A stretch of 47,574 bases of DNA from Candidatus Bathyarchaeota archaeon. GTDB lineage: Archaea > Thermoproteota > Bathyarchaeia > Bathyarchaeales > Bathycorpusculaceae. A model generated the notes under the pieces. It searched no databases. It saw only the letters and a program-made list of their open reading frames with translations, and was not told where the DNA came from. This document shows, one piece after another, positions 30,095-40,102 of the stretch; within the stretch, counting starts at the first letter, position 1, and every line of letters starts with the position of its first letter. The stretch is taken from NCBI GenBank assembly GCA_963775685.1, contig CAVZJV010000007.1, positions 1 through 47,574 of the forward strand, in the 5' to 3' direction. The position numbers and the translations under genes are program-made.

Positions 30095-30170
30095 GAATAC
30101 TAAAATAAACTCCTTCTTTCCCCTTTTTTAGTCTTTCAATATTTTTAATTAAAAGATGCGGGCTCAGTAA

Positions 30171-30256
30171 AGCTATCGAGATTTTGATTATTTAGGCCAG
30201 TAAGCGCCAGAGAAGTTGTTGTTGCAGTTGCCTTCGGCAGATTGATTGCAACAACT
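30171..30256 (+). repeat. Second repeat family, copy 2
   Basis: See 19851-19948. Confidence 0.75.
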
Positions 30257-30417
30257 TTTATTGACACAAGAATAAGTTAAGAGAAGATGCAACTGCTACT
30301 GCAACAATTGAATTCTGCAAATTAACTGTTGCATTTACCACCCTTCAATAATACATGCAAAAAATAACTCATAAGCACTCTAACCCCCATGGCAAATCAA
30401 CGGGTTATTAGAAAAAA

Positions 30418-30465
30418 GTTGTCCTGTCAAAATCCTCCATATTTGGGGTTAGCGAGCACCTAAAA
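30418..30465 (-). repeat. TA-associated element, copy j (core)
   Basis: GTTGTCCTGTCAAAATCCTCCATATTTGGGGTTAGCGAGCACCTAAAA. Confidence 0.75.
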
Positions 30466-30560
30466 ATGACGCCAAACCTGATAGAAAGCTGCGGTCCTGC
30501 CAGACATCAATAGTGGGAACGCTTAAATTAGTGGAATAAGAATTTATTGTGGGAAATTCA

Positions 30561-30815
30561 ATGAGCGAAACAACCGCGAAAATAGATGAGAAAGGCAGAA
30601 TAATGATTCCCAAAAACATCAGAAAGGCAGCCAAAATTAAGCCAGGAACATACGTTACCATCAAGACAACAGACACAACCATAATAATAGAACACGCCGA
30701 ATCTATAGCCGAAAAATATGGCGGCCTCTTCCAGATAACAAAATGGCCTGAAGACTTGGACGAATTCATGGTGGAGGCAACCAGAAAATGGTGGACAAAT
30801 CACGCTTCTACGTAG
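30561..30815 (+). CDS. vapB: AbrB-family antitoxin
   Basis: KIDEKGRIMIPKNIRKA..IKPG. Confidence 0.9.
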   Translation: MSETTAKIDEKGRIMIPKNIRKAAKIKPGTYVTIKTTDTTIIIEHAESIAEKYGGLFQITKWPEDLDEFMVEATRKWWTNHAST

Positions 30816-31213
30816 ACGTAAACGTATTTGTCTACTGGCTTGGAAATCACCCAAAATACGGGCAAGTAGCCTTGGAATATATCAAGAAAATGGAAACCTC
30901 CCCACGAGGAAAATACGTAACATCAGCTTTAACACTCTATGAAACACTAGTAATAATAGGTGGCTTAACAGGCAAGAAACTGAAAGACAAGAACTTTGTA
31001 CAACAAGTCATCAACCCTATAACGAGCATCAAAGGATTAGTTATCGAATCCCTTAGATCAGAAGACTTCAAGAAAGCTTCAGATTTGATGAATGAATGCA
31101 AACTCGACTACGAAGACTCACTACATCTAGCCATAGCAACAAGAACAGGTGCACAAGAAATAATCTCAAACGATAAAGACTTTGACTGCACCAAAATCAA
31201 AAGAACCATGTAG
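30788..31213 (+). CDS. vapC: VapC PIN-domain toxin
   Basis: YVDVNVFVY, TSALTLYE, LDYEDSLHLA, IISNDKDFD. Confidence 0.93.
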   Translation: MVDKSRFYVDVNVFVYWLGNHPKYGQVALEYIKKMETSPRGKYVTSALTLYETLVIIGGLTGKKLKDKNFVQQVINPITSIKGLVIESLRSEDFKKASDLMNECKLDYEDSLHLAIATRTGAQEIISNDKDFDCTKIKRTM

Positions 31214-31267
31214 ACAACTGCAAGCGAAATTTTCAATCTCAACCTAAAAACGCGATCAATTAGCAAT

Positions 31268-31326
31268 TAGTGTACCGTCAGCATTTTTCTCCAATCGGGG
31301 TTGGCGAGCGCCTAAACCTAACTACG
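31268..31326 (-). repeat. TA-associated element, copy k (core)
   Basis: TGTACCGTCAGCATTTTTCTCCAATCGGGGTTGGCGAGCGCCTAAACCTAAC. Confidence 0.82.
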
Positions 31327-31492
31327 CAGGTTTTATTTCAATTTGTGTAACCACTAAGGAGTTATTTTGGCAAGTTAGAAATCGATACACAAACTTAGTA
31401 ACTTTTTAACACTTATTACATTATCCGTTCAACTTGTTGAAGCCTCAAAAAACATAAATAAACGATTCTTAATAGAACAAAGTAGTGATTTC

Positions 31493-32008
31493 TTGTCATC
31501 TAAATCAAGTTCAAAAAAGCCAACCAAAAAAGCCCCAAATAAAGCCCCAATCAAAAAGCTCACACAAACAGACAACGAACGATTAAACAAAATCATATCC
31601 AAAACACCGCCTATCGAGAAATTGGATCCTAAAATTTACCAAAAACTGCAATCAGCAATTAATGAAGCAGTCGAAAAAACTCTGCCTGAATACAAAAAAT
31701 GGCTAAACTCTGAGTTTGGCCGGAAAGTTGTAGCTGACGATTGTCCAGTTGAGATATGTAGCTCATGCGGAAACGATTGCCCCGTTGAAATCTGCAGCTC
31801 ATGCGGAAACGATTGCCCCGTTGAAATCTGCAGCAGTTGCGATAATGAGGGCAGAATTATTGGTAAAGTTGCCAAAGAGGCAGTCGATGAGGCAATAAAT
31901 GCAGCATTCAGATCTGCCTTAGAAGAAAAAACAAAAAAAGGCAAAGTCTCCGAAGGCAAAATGAGGGCCAATACAAAGAAACGATTAAAGAAAGCGCTAA
32001 AAAAATAG
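31493..32008 (+). CDS. Basic hypothetical protein with triplicated Cys-rich motif
   Basis: (DCPVEICSSC[G/D]N)x3 flanked by helical Lys-rich arms. Confidence 0.7.
   Translation: MSSKSSSKKPTKKAPNKAPIKKLTQTDNERLNKIISKTPPIEKLDPKIYQKLQSAINEAVEKTLPEYKKWLNSEFGRKVVADDCPVEICSSCGNDCPVEICSSCGNDCPVEICSSCDNEGRIIGKVAKEAVDEAINAAFRSALEEKTKKGKVSEGKMRANTKKRLKKALKK
31739..31846 (+). repeat. 36-bp in-frame tandem repeat x3
   Basis: GAT TGY CCM GTT GAR ATM TGY AGC ... units differing mostly at synonymous positions. Confidence 0.95.
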
Positions 32009-32364
32009 GAGTTCAATAAGGATCATTCTGCTGTGACTAAAATAACCAGGCAACCGCATATAGACAAAAAGGGCAGTGCGACCGCAATTAATCCGAGAAG
32101 TATCAAAAGGATAAAGCGAAACTAGAAAAGGTCATGCAGGCAAAGGAAGAGCACATAAACCCAATCTTAACCACCGAATTAAACTATAGAAAACTTACAC
32201 AAAAAATCCATAATTCTTTTCTATTTAGTCAAGACTACCAGAGCAGACGCAATGAACACTTAGACTAAAATAAAGAAAGACAATTCTAGAAAAAAGACTG
32301 ATGCAAAAGCTTTTCAGTTAATAATTACATAAATAATTTTAAAGAATGAGTTGAGTTAGAATCC

Positions 32365-32577
32365 ATGCCTGCTCCAACTGTGAAAGATGGTAAATGGTCA
32401 AAAGAACGTGAGAGAACAAAATCTGGAAGATGGCGAAAAAAACGCTCCGACGCTAATCAACCCAGACAGAAAAAATCAAACCGAAAATACAAAATCGCCA
32501 TCGCAGCAATAGGCATAATTGCCATCGCTTTAATAGTGATTTATCTCTACTTCCACGGTTTGTTGAGATTGCCATAG
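32365..32577 (+). CDS. Small basic protein with C-terminal TM
   Basis: RTKSGRWRKKRSDA followed by a hydrophobic tail. Confidence 0.6.
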   Translation: MPAPTVKDGKWSKERERTKSGRWRKKRSDANQPRQKKSNRKYKIAIAAIGIIAIALIVIYLYFHGLLRLP

Positions 32578-32946
32578 TAACTAACATAGCAGCTAAAACA
32601 ATCCAAATCAAGTCCTGCACCGTCAATCGATGGCCTTAAGGACTTTAAATTTAATAGTTTTAAAAAGGGCCCTTAAGTTCAATTTTCAACCGGTAAACTT
32701 CTCAACAAATTGTGTTATCCCTCATTTTGGTTTAGATTAAGATCAATACAAACTCCTCATTTAATCGTGTCCCAAAAAAATGAAAATTTTGGTTAACGTT
32801 TTATTGTTTGCTTTGGCCAAGTTTATTTCTCAAAATCGAATTTTCTTCAGTAACAAACCTCCAAACTAGATGCTCAAAAACTAGACCTGAATAAGCGCTG
32901 AAGAGCTCAAGAAGAGGGTAAAGATTTTTCGCCTAAGAAGCTTTTT

Positions 32947-33174
32947 TCAGTAATGTTTGGCCGCTTCTTTTAGGGTCTTTTCAACCAGTTCATTTTCGAT
33001 CCGTTCTTGCTCAGAAGCGGCTTTTACAGGGTCTTTTTCTCTTTCCCCATGCTGAGAGGCATGCGCTTCAATAGCCTTTGCCATCATCTTCAGATCGGGA
33101 ATCAACAAAATCTTAAAACCACATTCGCATTCAATGAAAGTGCCACCTTCTATTGGAAAGTCATTCTCAGGCAT
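32947..33174 (-). CDS. Small CxC/His hypothetical protein (paralog of 46616-46891)
   Basis: IECECGFKILLIPDL..M.KAIE.H...H. Confidence 0.72.
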   Translation of the reverse strand: MPENDFPIEGGTFIECECGFKILLIPDLKMMAKAIEAHASQHGEREKDPVKAASEQERIENELVEKTLKEAAKHY

Positions 33175-33856
33175 TAACATACACCCCAAATCCACTTTGA
33201 ACTAACACTCTAAAATGAAAACTTAAGAAGTATATTCCTAAAACACAAATAATCCCGACCAGCAAATAGCCAACCGAGGTCTTAATAACAATTAGATGCC
33301 AATTTCGCTGCTTGCCTGTAACTTCCTCTAGCCGTGCCTTGGCTAACACTCCATATGACACGGAAGTTGGGGGCACTAGCGCCAAATTGCATCTCTAACC
33401 TTTTCTGAATTCAACACATTTAGCAACTTACTAAACACCTGTCTGACTCATAGATGCTTTGTGGAATATTCATTTTCGAGACACATTTTTTTATTTAAAC
33501 CTTCTGAATCCTGAGTTAAATTGCGGAAATGTAGAACACAACATATCTAGCAGTCAAATCTCGATATATGACACATCCGGAAGGTTCCTTTAAAAACTCA
33601 AACCTCATAATGTTTGACGAGAAAATAAAGTCCAATGAACTCACTAAAAAAGATCGAGCAAAACCACAACTCTTGCGTTAATTCGATCGGATCTAGCCCT
33701 GAGTTAAAGAACAAAATAGAAAACTCGAGAAGAGTGAGTTAATGCTGCTTGAGCAAAGCCAATAGAATCAGAACTCAAAAACTTCGATATTTAGAAAAAG
33801 GTACAGGATGACTAAAGTACAACCTATCAAATTATGTGTTTAAGGTGGTGAAAAGC

Positions 33857-34147
33857 ATGAGTAAAGATCAAGCAATAGGGGCAGCAATCGTTGTAGTCTG
33901 CGTGGCTGTCGTGTTAGCATATGTGGGACTTCTGTTCTTCTATGACCCATATTTCATATCTTTCCTTAACATCGGTTCTCAAGGAAACGTTCAATTCTGG
34001 CTTATCGCGGCTCCCGTCGCCATAGCCTTCATTGCCATACTGGGCATTGGAAGCTGGATTGGATACACTATGGCAACAACTCCCCCGCCAAAGCCTATCG
34101 AAGAAATCACAACAGAATCCACCGATAGCAACAAACCAGCGCCATAA
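33857..34147 (+). CDS. Conserved archaeal 2-TM protein (paralog of 14007-14285)
   Basis: MSKDQAIG..FWLIAAPV..WIGYTMATTPPPKPIEEI; GGTGGTG ribosome-binding site. Confidence 0.8.
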   Translation: MSKDQAIGAAIVVVCVAVVLAYVGLLFFYDPYFISFLNIGSQGNVQFWLIAAPVAIAFIAILGIGSWIGYTMATTPPPKPIEEITTESTDSNKPAP

Positions 34148-34679
34148 TCCTACCAACCAAAAACAAAATATTTTTTGTTTTTTTTAATTGAAGTCATACT
34201 GAATTACAATCCTTTTTAGGCTTTACTGCGGCTCAGGGGCAAGGAGAAGAAAGAACACAAATACAAATTCACTTGATAAGTATGTCATAATTATTTTAAC
34301 CAAAGCCCACTCAAACCCAACTTTTCTCTTTTCGTTCTATTACTAACATTTGTTACCACCTTTAATACAGACAGAGAAAAAATATCAAAGGTTGTTAGCA
34401 CAAAAACCTCAACATTTTTGAGAAAAAGAAAAAACAGGGGTGCACAAACAATAGTTCCTTCTTTCAAAAGCCTATCGCCCGAATAACCAGTAGAAGAAGA
34501 AACCCCACTCACCAACACTTCTTCTTTCAAACATAGCTAAAGAGAGTTAACCTCAAAAGCAGGAAACCCACAATTCTTTCATCTTTAAAAATCAACGATG
34601 TTGACTGCAACAATCAAATACCAAAAAGGGTACATCTTTTGGTTTTTTGAGCCTTCCAGATTCTTCGAATAAACTATCT

Positions 34680-34799
34680 TTAGAATGTTAGTTGTTTTGT
34701 GTTGGGCGCTTTTTTGTCGTTGTCTTCATACCAGTAGTTGACCCAGTCGGGGTCTAATTCTTCAGCTATTGTATCTGGAACTTTTTTTTCTGCTTTCAT
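34680..34799 (-). CDS. Candidate 39-aa small protein
   Basis: MKAEKKVPDTIAEELDPDWVNYWYEDNDKKAPNTKQLTF; below the ORF-track cutoff. Confidence 0.3.
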   Translation of the reverse strand: MKAEKKVPDTIAEELDPDWVNYWYEDNDKKAPNTKQLTF

Positions 34800-35078
34800 G
34801 ACTTAAACCTTGAGAAAGCAAACTTATTTGACAACAGTATTAGCTCTTATGAATCTCAAATACTATTTTTCATCGATATTTACTTGTCAAAATCTTGCAA
34901 ATCCAACAACTAACCACAACTTTATCGAAAAACTATACAAAAAAACAATATAAAAAATACCCAATATTTTTTAAAACAAGACATTTTTGCGCCGCTAAAA
35001 TTCTCAAGCACATGAACTAACCAACACCAAGATAACTACCATCTTAGTTGATAATCAGAGAAAAAGTGGTTCTTGAGA

Positions 35079-35495
35079 TTAAAGTTTGGGTTTAGGCGCT
35101 ATTTTTGGTGAAGCTTCTGGTACACAATCAATAAGGGTAGTGGAAGACGGATAAGACATCCTGCTCTTATTCATGACTGCGTGAGTTGCAGCTTTGCGTT
35201 TGTAGGTGTCAAAATAGAGGACTCGGTTGCCCTCGACCTTTTTCTGGTAAGTTTTTGGGTACATATACTTGAAGAGGTTCTGTGCAGTCGGGTTTTCAAA
35301 AACCGGAGAGGCGTACTCGTTGAAGTGAGCTGCGTGTTCCTTGTAAAATGGAGCCCCAAACTTTGACCTGCCAGTCTGATAGAAAAGCTTTCCAAAACAA
35401 AGTGCACTCAGAGTTCCACAAACTACGCAGCGACGCCGATTTATTTTCACTCTCTGAACAGAATCATAATGCAAATCATGTTCTTGTGTTTCCAT
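35079..35495 (-). CDS. Hypothetical protein (CxxC)
   Basis: ORF with RRCVVCG; follows 35513-35755 on the same strand. Confidence 0.5.
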   Translation of the reverse strand: METQEHDLHYDSVQRVKINRRRCVVCGTLSALCFGKLFYQTGRSKFGAPFYKEHAAHFNEYASPVFENPTAQNLFKYMYPKTYQKKVEGNRVLYFDTYKRKAATHAVMNKSRMSYPSSTTLIDCVPEASPKIAPKPKL

Positions 35496-35512
35496 GTCAG
35501 ATGCCCTCTGGC

Positions 35513-35755
35513 TTACCTGAAAAATTGATCATCACATTCGTTTTCGATAATCTCGATGTAGCCGCGTTCTTTGCAAAAAGCCATTATCTTTTTTAACAGC
35601 GGGTCGTTGACGTTTTCGAACTCTTTTCTAAAACCGATATTTCCATTTTTCACGCTCAGGTCAATACATCCGCCATCGATTTGATAATGGTAGAAACCAA
35701 ACTTCTCGCCAGCACATTCAACAAGAACATTCCAATCCTCAATAATATTTATCAC
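35513..35755 (-). CDS. Hypothetical protein
   Basis: Protein-like composition; AGGTGA ribosome-binding site upstream. Confidence 0.6.
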   Translation of the reverse strand: MINIIEDWNVLVECAGEKFGFYHYQIDGGCIDLSVKNGNIGFRKEFENVNDPLLKKIMAFCKERGYIEIIENECDDQFFR

Positions 35756-36012
35756 TTTATGTCACCTAAACCTATGGTGCGGCAACAAAATAAAGGAATT
35801 CTGGCAGCCCCAAAGAACAGGGTTCTTTGAGATCCCTCCCAAAGAAGAGGGTCCAGATATGTCAATAATTGAGTGTTATCAATCAATATTTTCGCTCTTT
35901 TTGACACCTTCAACAAGCAAATGTCATATTGCAAAAGTCGATCATTACATCAACGTAGAAGAAAAGAGTTTTGGGCTAAAATATTCTGGGCTCTTCAGGA
36001 TTTTTCCTGGAC

Positions 36013-36588
36013 TTAGGGCATGTATGGCTGTGGGCTGGGAGTAGGCATGTAACTAGTTCTTGTAAATGGGGTAGAGGTGAAGCTGTTATCCTTTTCTGTT
36101 ATCAAAGTTATTGTATATTGGTTTCCAAACGACAAGTCAGCGTTTGGGAAGTTTATGTCGAAGTGAACTAAAGTTCGCATAGCTGGTAGAATTTGTGGTT
36201 GCATCTGCTTATTATTTTGGACAACGATGTTGCCTGATGAATCTCTTATTATTGCATCGATAATTACTATGTCAATACCTGATAGTGATTCTCCAAATAC
36301 GGTAATGCTGCTTTCGTTAACGTTGGCTACTCTTGCGATACTAATTCGTTCTTGAGAATTGTTGTTTAAGATTTCACCATCCAATTCGTTGATTGATGAT
36401 TGTAAATTACTGAGTTTATTCTGCATGTTGCTATAGTCTATGGCAAGTTGGTTATAATTTGATTGCATGGCGTTAAGCCTATCTTGGACATTGAAGGTTA
36501 AAAATGCCAGGGTAGAGCAAATTAGAATCAGTATAGTTATGGAACCAAGCAATATTTTGTTGTTTTTGGCTGTGGAATTGGGCATCAT
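36013..36588 (-). CDS. Membrane-anchored coiled-coil plus beta-domain protein
   Basis: TM helix, heptad region, GNQYTITLITEKDNSFTS. Confidence 0.7.
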   Translation of the reverse strand: MMPNSTAKNNKILLGSITILILICSTLAFLTFNVQDRLNAMQSNYNQLAIDYSNMQNKLSNLQSSINELDGEILNNNSQERISIARVANVNESSITVFGESLSGIDIVIIDAIIRDSSGNIVVQNNKQMQPQILPAMRTLVHFDINFPNADLSFGNQYTITLITEKDNSFTSTPFTRTSYMPTPSPQPYMP

Positions 36589-36655
36589 GGTGATCAATTA
36601 TTTCGCTTTTTGTTTAAAACGTTTCCTGATATTTCTTTGATTTTAGTTTTTGCGT

Positions 36656-37047
36656 TTACCTTATTTGTTTTGCGTTAATTAAATCTGCTAAGATTATCAT
36701 TGCTGCCTCACTTCTAATGCCAATGAAGATGTCGTTGGCGGGATTTTGATCAAGGAATTGTGAAAGATGGGCATTGTCTGTTAATTCGTAATAGTTGGTT
36801 ATTCCTCCAATCCTTTGGTTTATTTGCATTTTCTTTAGGTATTCGCGCTTTTCGAGGTCTCTAACTCTCTTATTAACGGTCGAGTCCCTTGTGCCCTTAA
36901 AATATAGAATGCCCCTTACATTCTTGCCTATTTGCTAGTTGTTTGTGGCTGCTTGATTCCCAACAACTATAATATGGCGCGGTTTAGAGGTGCTCCTCTA
37001 CCTATGAACGGGTCCACTGCAATGCCTTTGCTCTTATCCCACGCCAT
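36656..37047 (-). pseudogene. Winged-helix regulator pseudogene
   Basis: Reads FIGRGAPLNRAIL*LLGIKQPQTT/..STVNKRVRDLEKREYL..NYYELT with one stop and one frameshift. Confidence 0.6.
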
Positions 37048-37812
37048 CCTACAGTTCTCTCCCGCTGCAGGAAAGCAGTTCCATGGAAGTCACTTATTGC
37101 ACTAACTCATGCAAAAAACTCACCTTAGCCGTGGGAAAAATTTTCTAGACACGATACGCCTCGGGCAAAATTCAGTAAACCATATTTATATAGCAAAATT
37201 GCTAGCTCCATGCATAAAATAACGAGTTACCGAAAGCTAAAGCGAAAAATTTAGCGTTATTTCACGGAGTACAATTCTAGGCAAGAAACATTTTAACGAG
37301 CTCATTTCTAGGCAAGAAAGAAATTAAGAAGAGCAGAAACAATTTTGGTGCGCACAAAATCATGTTATCTCGGTCATTCTTTTTTCAAAGCGTGTTTCTT
37401 GTTGTGTCTAAATGGTTGGAAAACGCAAAAACTTTATTCAAATTGTCCTTCTCTCAACTGATGACTATTGCAGCAAAACCATATCTCAACGCTGAAGCAG
37501 TAAACCTTGAAGTAGAGATAACAAAAGCACATGTCTTCTCAGAGAACTGCCTCGAAAAACATACCAATGCAACAACAAAACGCTTATGCTTCCTTTCTTC
37601 GAATCTTTATTATGCTTTTTTCTTTCTTTTTTGAAAACGCGATTCCCCTTTATGCTTTCATATTTGGCCCTTTGGTTCTTATCTGGAGGCACTATTTTGA
37701 ACGGCACCTTGTTTGGTAAAGCAAGTTTAGTATGTGACTTTCAAGAATTATACCGTTACTTGTTGATAATTTCCTGATTGAAAGATGCCGTAAGCTATGC
37801 AAAAAAGACTTT

Positions 37813-38082
37813 GTGTTGGTTACTGACTTTATGATGCACTTGAAAATGGGAAAGAAAATCCACTTGAAAGAATATGAAACTGACAGTTTAGCCGAGGATT
37901 TAAACGCATTTTTTGACCGTATGGTTAACGTTGGTTGCTTTAATTTCCAGTTCGCGGTCACGAAGGAAACGCAGGATCTCATGGATTTCTTTGGGGAAAC
38001 GCAGGCAAACCGACTCATGCTCATACACTTTGCCTTTGTAGGTCTTCCGAACGATGTAGAATCCAAGCTTCACCAAACCTAA
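37813..38082 (+). CDS. Hypothetical protein
   Basis: ORF convergent with polX; no recognised motif. Confidence 0.4.
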   Translation: MLVTDFMMHLKMGKKIHLKEYETDSLAEDLNAFFDRMVNVGCFNFQFAVTKETQDLMDFFGETQANRLMLIHFAFVGLPNDVESKLHQT

Positions 38083-38088
38083 CCCTTC

Positions 38089-38688
38089 CTACACCTTCTT
38101 ATTGTCTGGCAGCATCCAAACTGGCTTGCATTCAACGGTCTCGCGCTCAGTGGGCGACGGATAGGGCAAACCTAAAGCATCAAACACCCCTTGCTCACTC
38201 GCTCCAGCCACAGCCATACCCTCCTTGATTAGGCCTTCACTATACTTGAGCCGCATTCCTTTTGAGAACGCATACCCAGCCAACCACATATTATGATCAG
38301 CTGAACCCGTACAGACAAGCAAATGGATCCCAAACGTTGACGGTTTGGCGCGGTAGAAATCCACTTGAAAGAGCCCCTCTTGGCAGGGCACAAAAGCTTT
38401 GATGACGCTGTTACCTGCACAGTTAGGCTTAGCTTTTAATTGCTTGAGCTTTTCGTTAATCTTCTGCCATTCAGCATCGCTTTTTGCTGCGATGACAAAG
38501 TCAATGTCGTGTATCTTGGGTTTTTGCCGTCTTATGCTTCCTGCAACCTCTATCAATTCACAGAGAGGTTCTACAGCATTTTTTATTTTGGCTGCAATTC
38601 TTTTGGTTTCTTCTAAGTCTTGCTCTGCCACTATTTTTATCGTATCTTCAGGAAAAAGTGTGGATTGTTTTTTCATCAATTCAATCAC
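38089..38688 (-). CDS. polX: Minimal family X DNA polymerase (palm plus C-terminal domain only)
   Basis: AGSIRR, HDIDFV, QVDF, TGSADHN, SEQGVFDALGLPYPSPTERE. Confidence 0.9.
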   Translation of the reverse strand: MIELMKKQSTLFPEDTIKIVAEQDLEETKRIAAKIKNAVEPLCELIEVAGSIRRQKPKIHDIDFVIAAKSDAEWQKINEKLKQLKAKPNCAGNSVIKAFVPCQEGLFQVDFYRAKPSTFGIHLLVCTGSADHNMWLAGYAFSKGMRLKYSEGLIKEGMAVAGASEQGVFDALGLPYPSPTERETVECKPVWMLPDNKKV

Positions 38689-38976
38689 TTACCGTTGAGG
38701 TTCCTTATTAGGTTCGCCAATGGGTTTGTCGGAGGATAGTTTGTTTTCGAGTTTTCGCAACTGCTTTTGGTGACCCAACATAATAGACATGACCATGGGC
38801 TCAAAGATTACTGGGTTTGTGGCGTTGCTGCTTTCCGAAGCAAAAATCCTGCATAAATCCATCAGCTCATCAAGCGCTTCCCGATCCGCCTCGCTGGCCA
38901 ATGCCTTTCTAAAACCCCGCCACCTATCAATCTCAAACTCCAAAGCTATGCGATAAGCCGGAACCGTCTTTCCCAT
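38689..38976 (-). CDS. arCOG07300-like small helical protein (PolB2-associated family)
   Basis: MGKTVPAYR.ALE.E..RW.GFRKAL...DREA.D.L; recognised from memory of the family consensus. Confidence 0.65.
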   Translation of the reverse strand: MGKTVPAYRIALEFEIDRWRGFRKALASEADREALDELMDLCRIFASESSNATNPVIFEPMVMSIMLGHQKQLRKLENKLSSDKPIGEPNKEPQR

Positions 38977-38979
38977 GTA

Positions 38980-39204
38980 TTATGTCCCAGCGCTTCTAAC
39001 GTGAGTGATGTGAGATAGGACGAATTCTTGTTCTCCGAGGGTTTTGTGGAGTAAGTCTTGGATTGCAGCGTTCATGTTGCCTCTGTAGTAGGGCTTAACA
39101 ATTTTTTCTACAAACTCGGCAACAAGTGACGGCGAAACACCGTGGAACGTTAAACCTATTGAAAGGTCCTTTTCAGTCGCAAAAACGGCTACTTTCTTTT
39201 TCAT
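38980..39204 (-). CDS. Small hypothetical protein, possibly RHH-like
   Basis: AGGTGG ribosome-binding site; first gene of a tight three-gene operon. Confidence 0.7.
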   Translation of the reverse strand: MKKKVAVFATEKDLSIGLTFHGVSPSLVAEFVEKIVKPYYRGNMNAAIQDLLHKTLGEQEFVLSHITHVRSAGT

Positions 39205-40102
39205 ACTTAACCACCTAACCCGCCTCTATAGTTGAGCCTAATAAAAAGAAGAACGTTAAACCGTAGTTCGGGAGCAGGGGGGAGAGGGCAGTAAAAGTGA
39301 AGCATTCTCATCGAAAAATTTAGCGCCAACTTTGACAACTGATTATGGATAAGTTAACCCTCAATTTCTAAACCACTAGCATTTTAAACAGTAACAGCTA
39401 AAACAACAATCCAATGGCATTATGACAAAAGAGAGCAAGAAGACAGAAGATCCAAAGAAAACATGAGCGTCGCTATTTCTTTGAAGATACACCACCGGGG
39501 CTCTAGTACTGAAAATGGCAAAAACCTCTGGGCCCAACACAACCACAGAATTATCTTAACATGTTTGGAACACACGCGCTGATAACTGATGGCAGGAAAA
39601 TCAAGCAAGGCTGATGTCTGGATCAACTTACAATTCTTCATTAAATTGCTTTTCATTTTTCTTTTCTCCCTAAAGAGAAACTGAACCCAAAAGCTCCAGT
39701 AAAACCTGATTTTCCCCTGAAAAAACAATGTATACAATAGAATATGTAATTCAAAATTGACAATAACTTACGGTATTTGTTCCAGCTTAATTCGTTTTGC
39801 AAGAAACTCCACAAGTGACTTATTCTAAAGCTTTCCTGAAAGATTCAACAGTTTTACCCACAACCAGCAAAGCCTACAGACAAACAGAAACACTTCATAG
39901 GAAAAAAACACTGAACCCAAGCATCAGACGAAACCACATATAAAAAAGATGACCAAACGATTTACTCAAATAGCAGAGGCTGAGGCAAAAGAGAAAGAAA
40001 TTTTTAGGCGTTAGTAGCCAAAAACACATATATGGCTGGCTGCAATGTTTTTTCATGTACCGTCAATTAGGTTAAATATATAGTATTTTGGTGCTGGTTT
40101 AA

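Noticed and set aside
10841-31326. CRISPR array interpretation of the recurring repeats
   Set aside because: Copies are degenerate, 0.8-5 kb apart and separated by genes rather than 30-45 nt spacers; no cas genes are present.
31739-31846. Mini-CRISPR or radical SAM motif
   Set aside because: The units are contiguous, in frame and have no spacers; the spacing is Cx4Cx2C in a 171-aa protein with no radical SAM fold.
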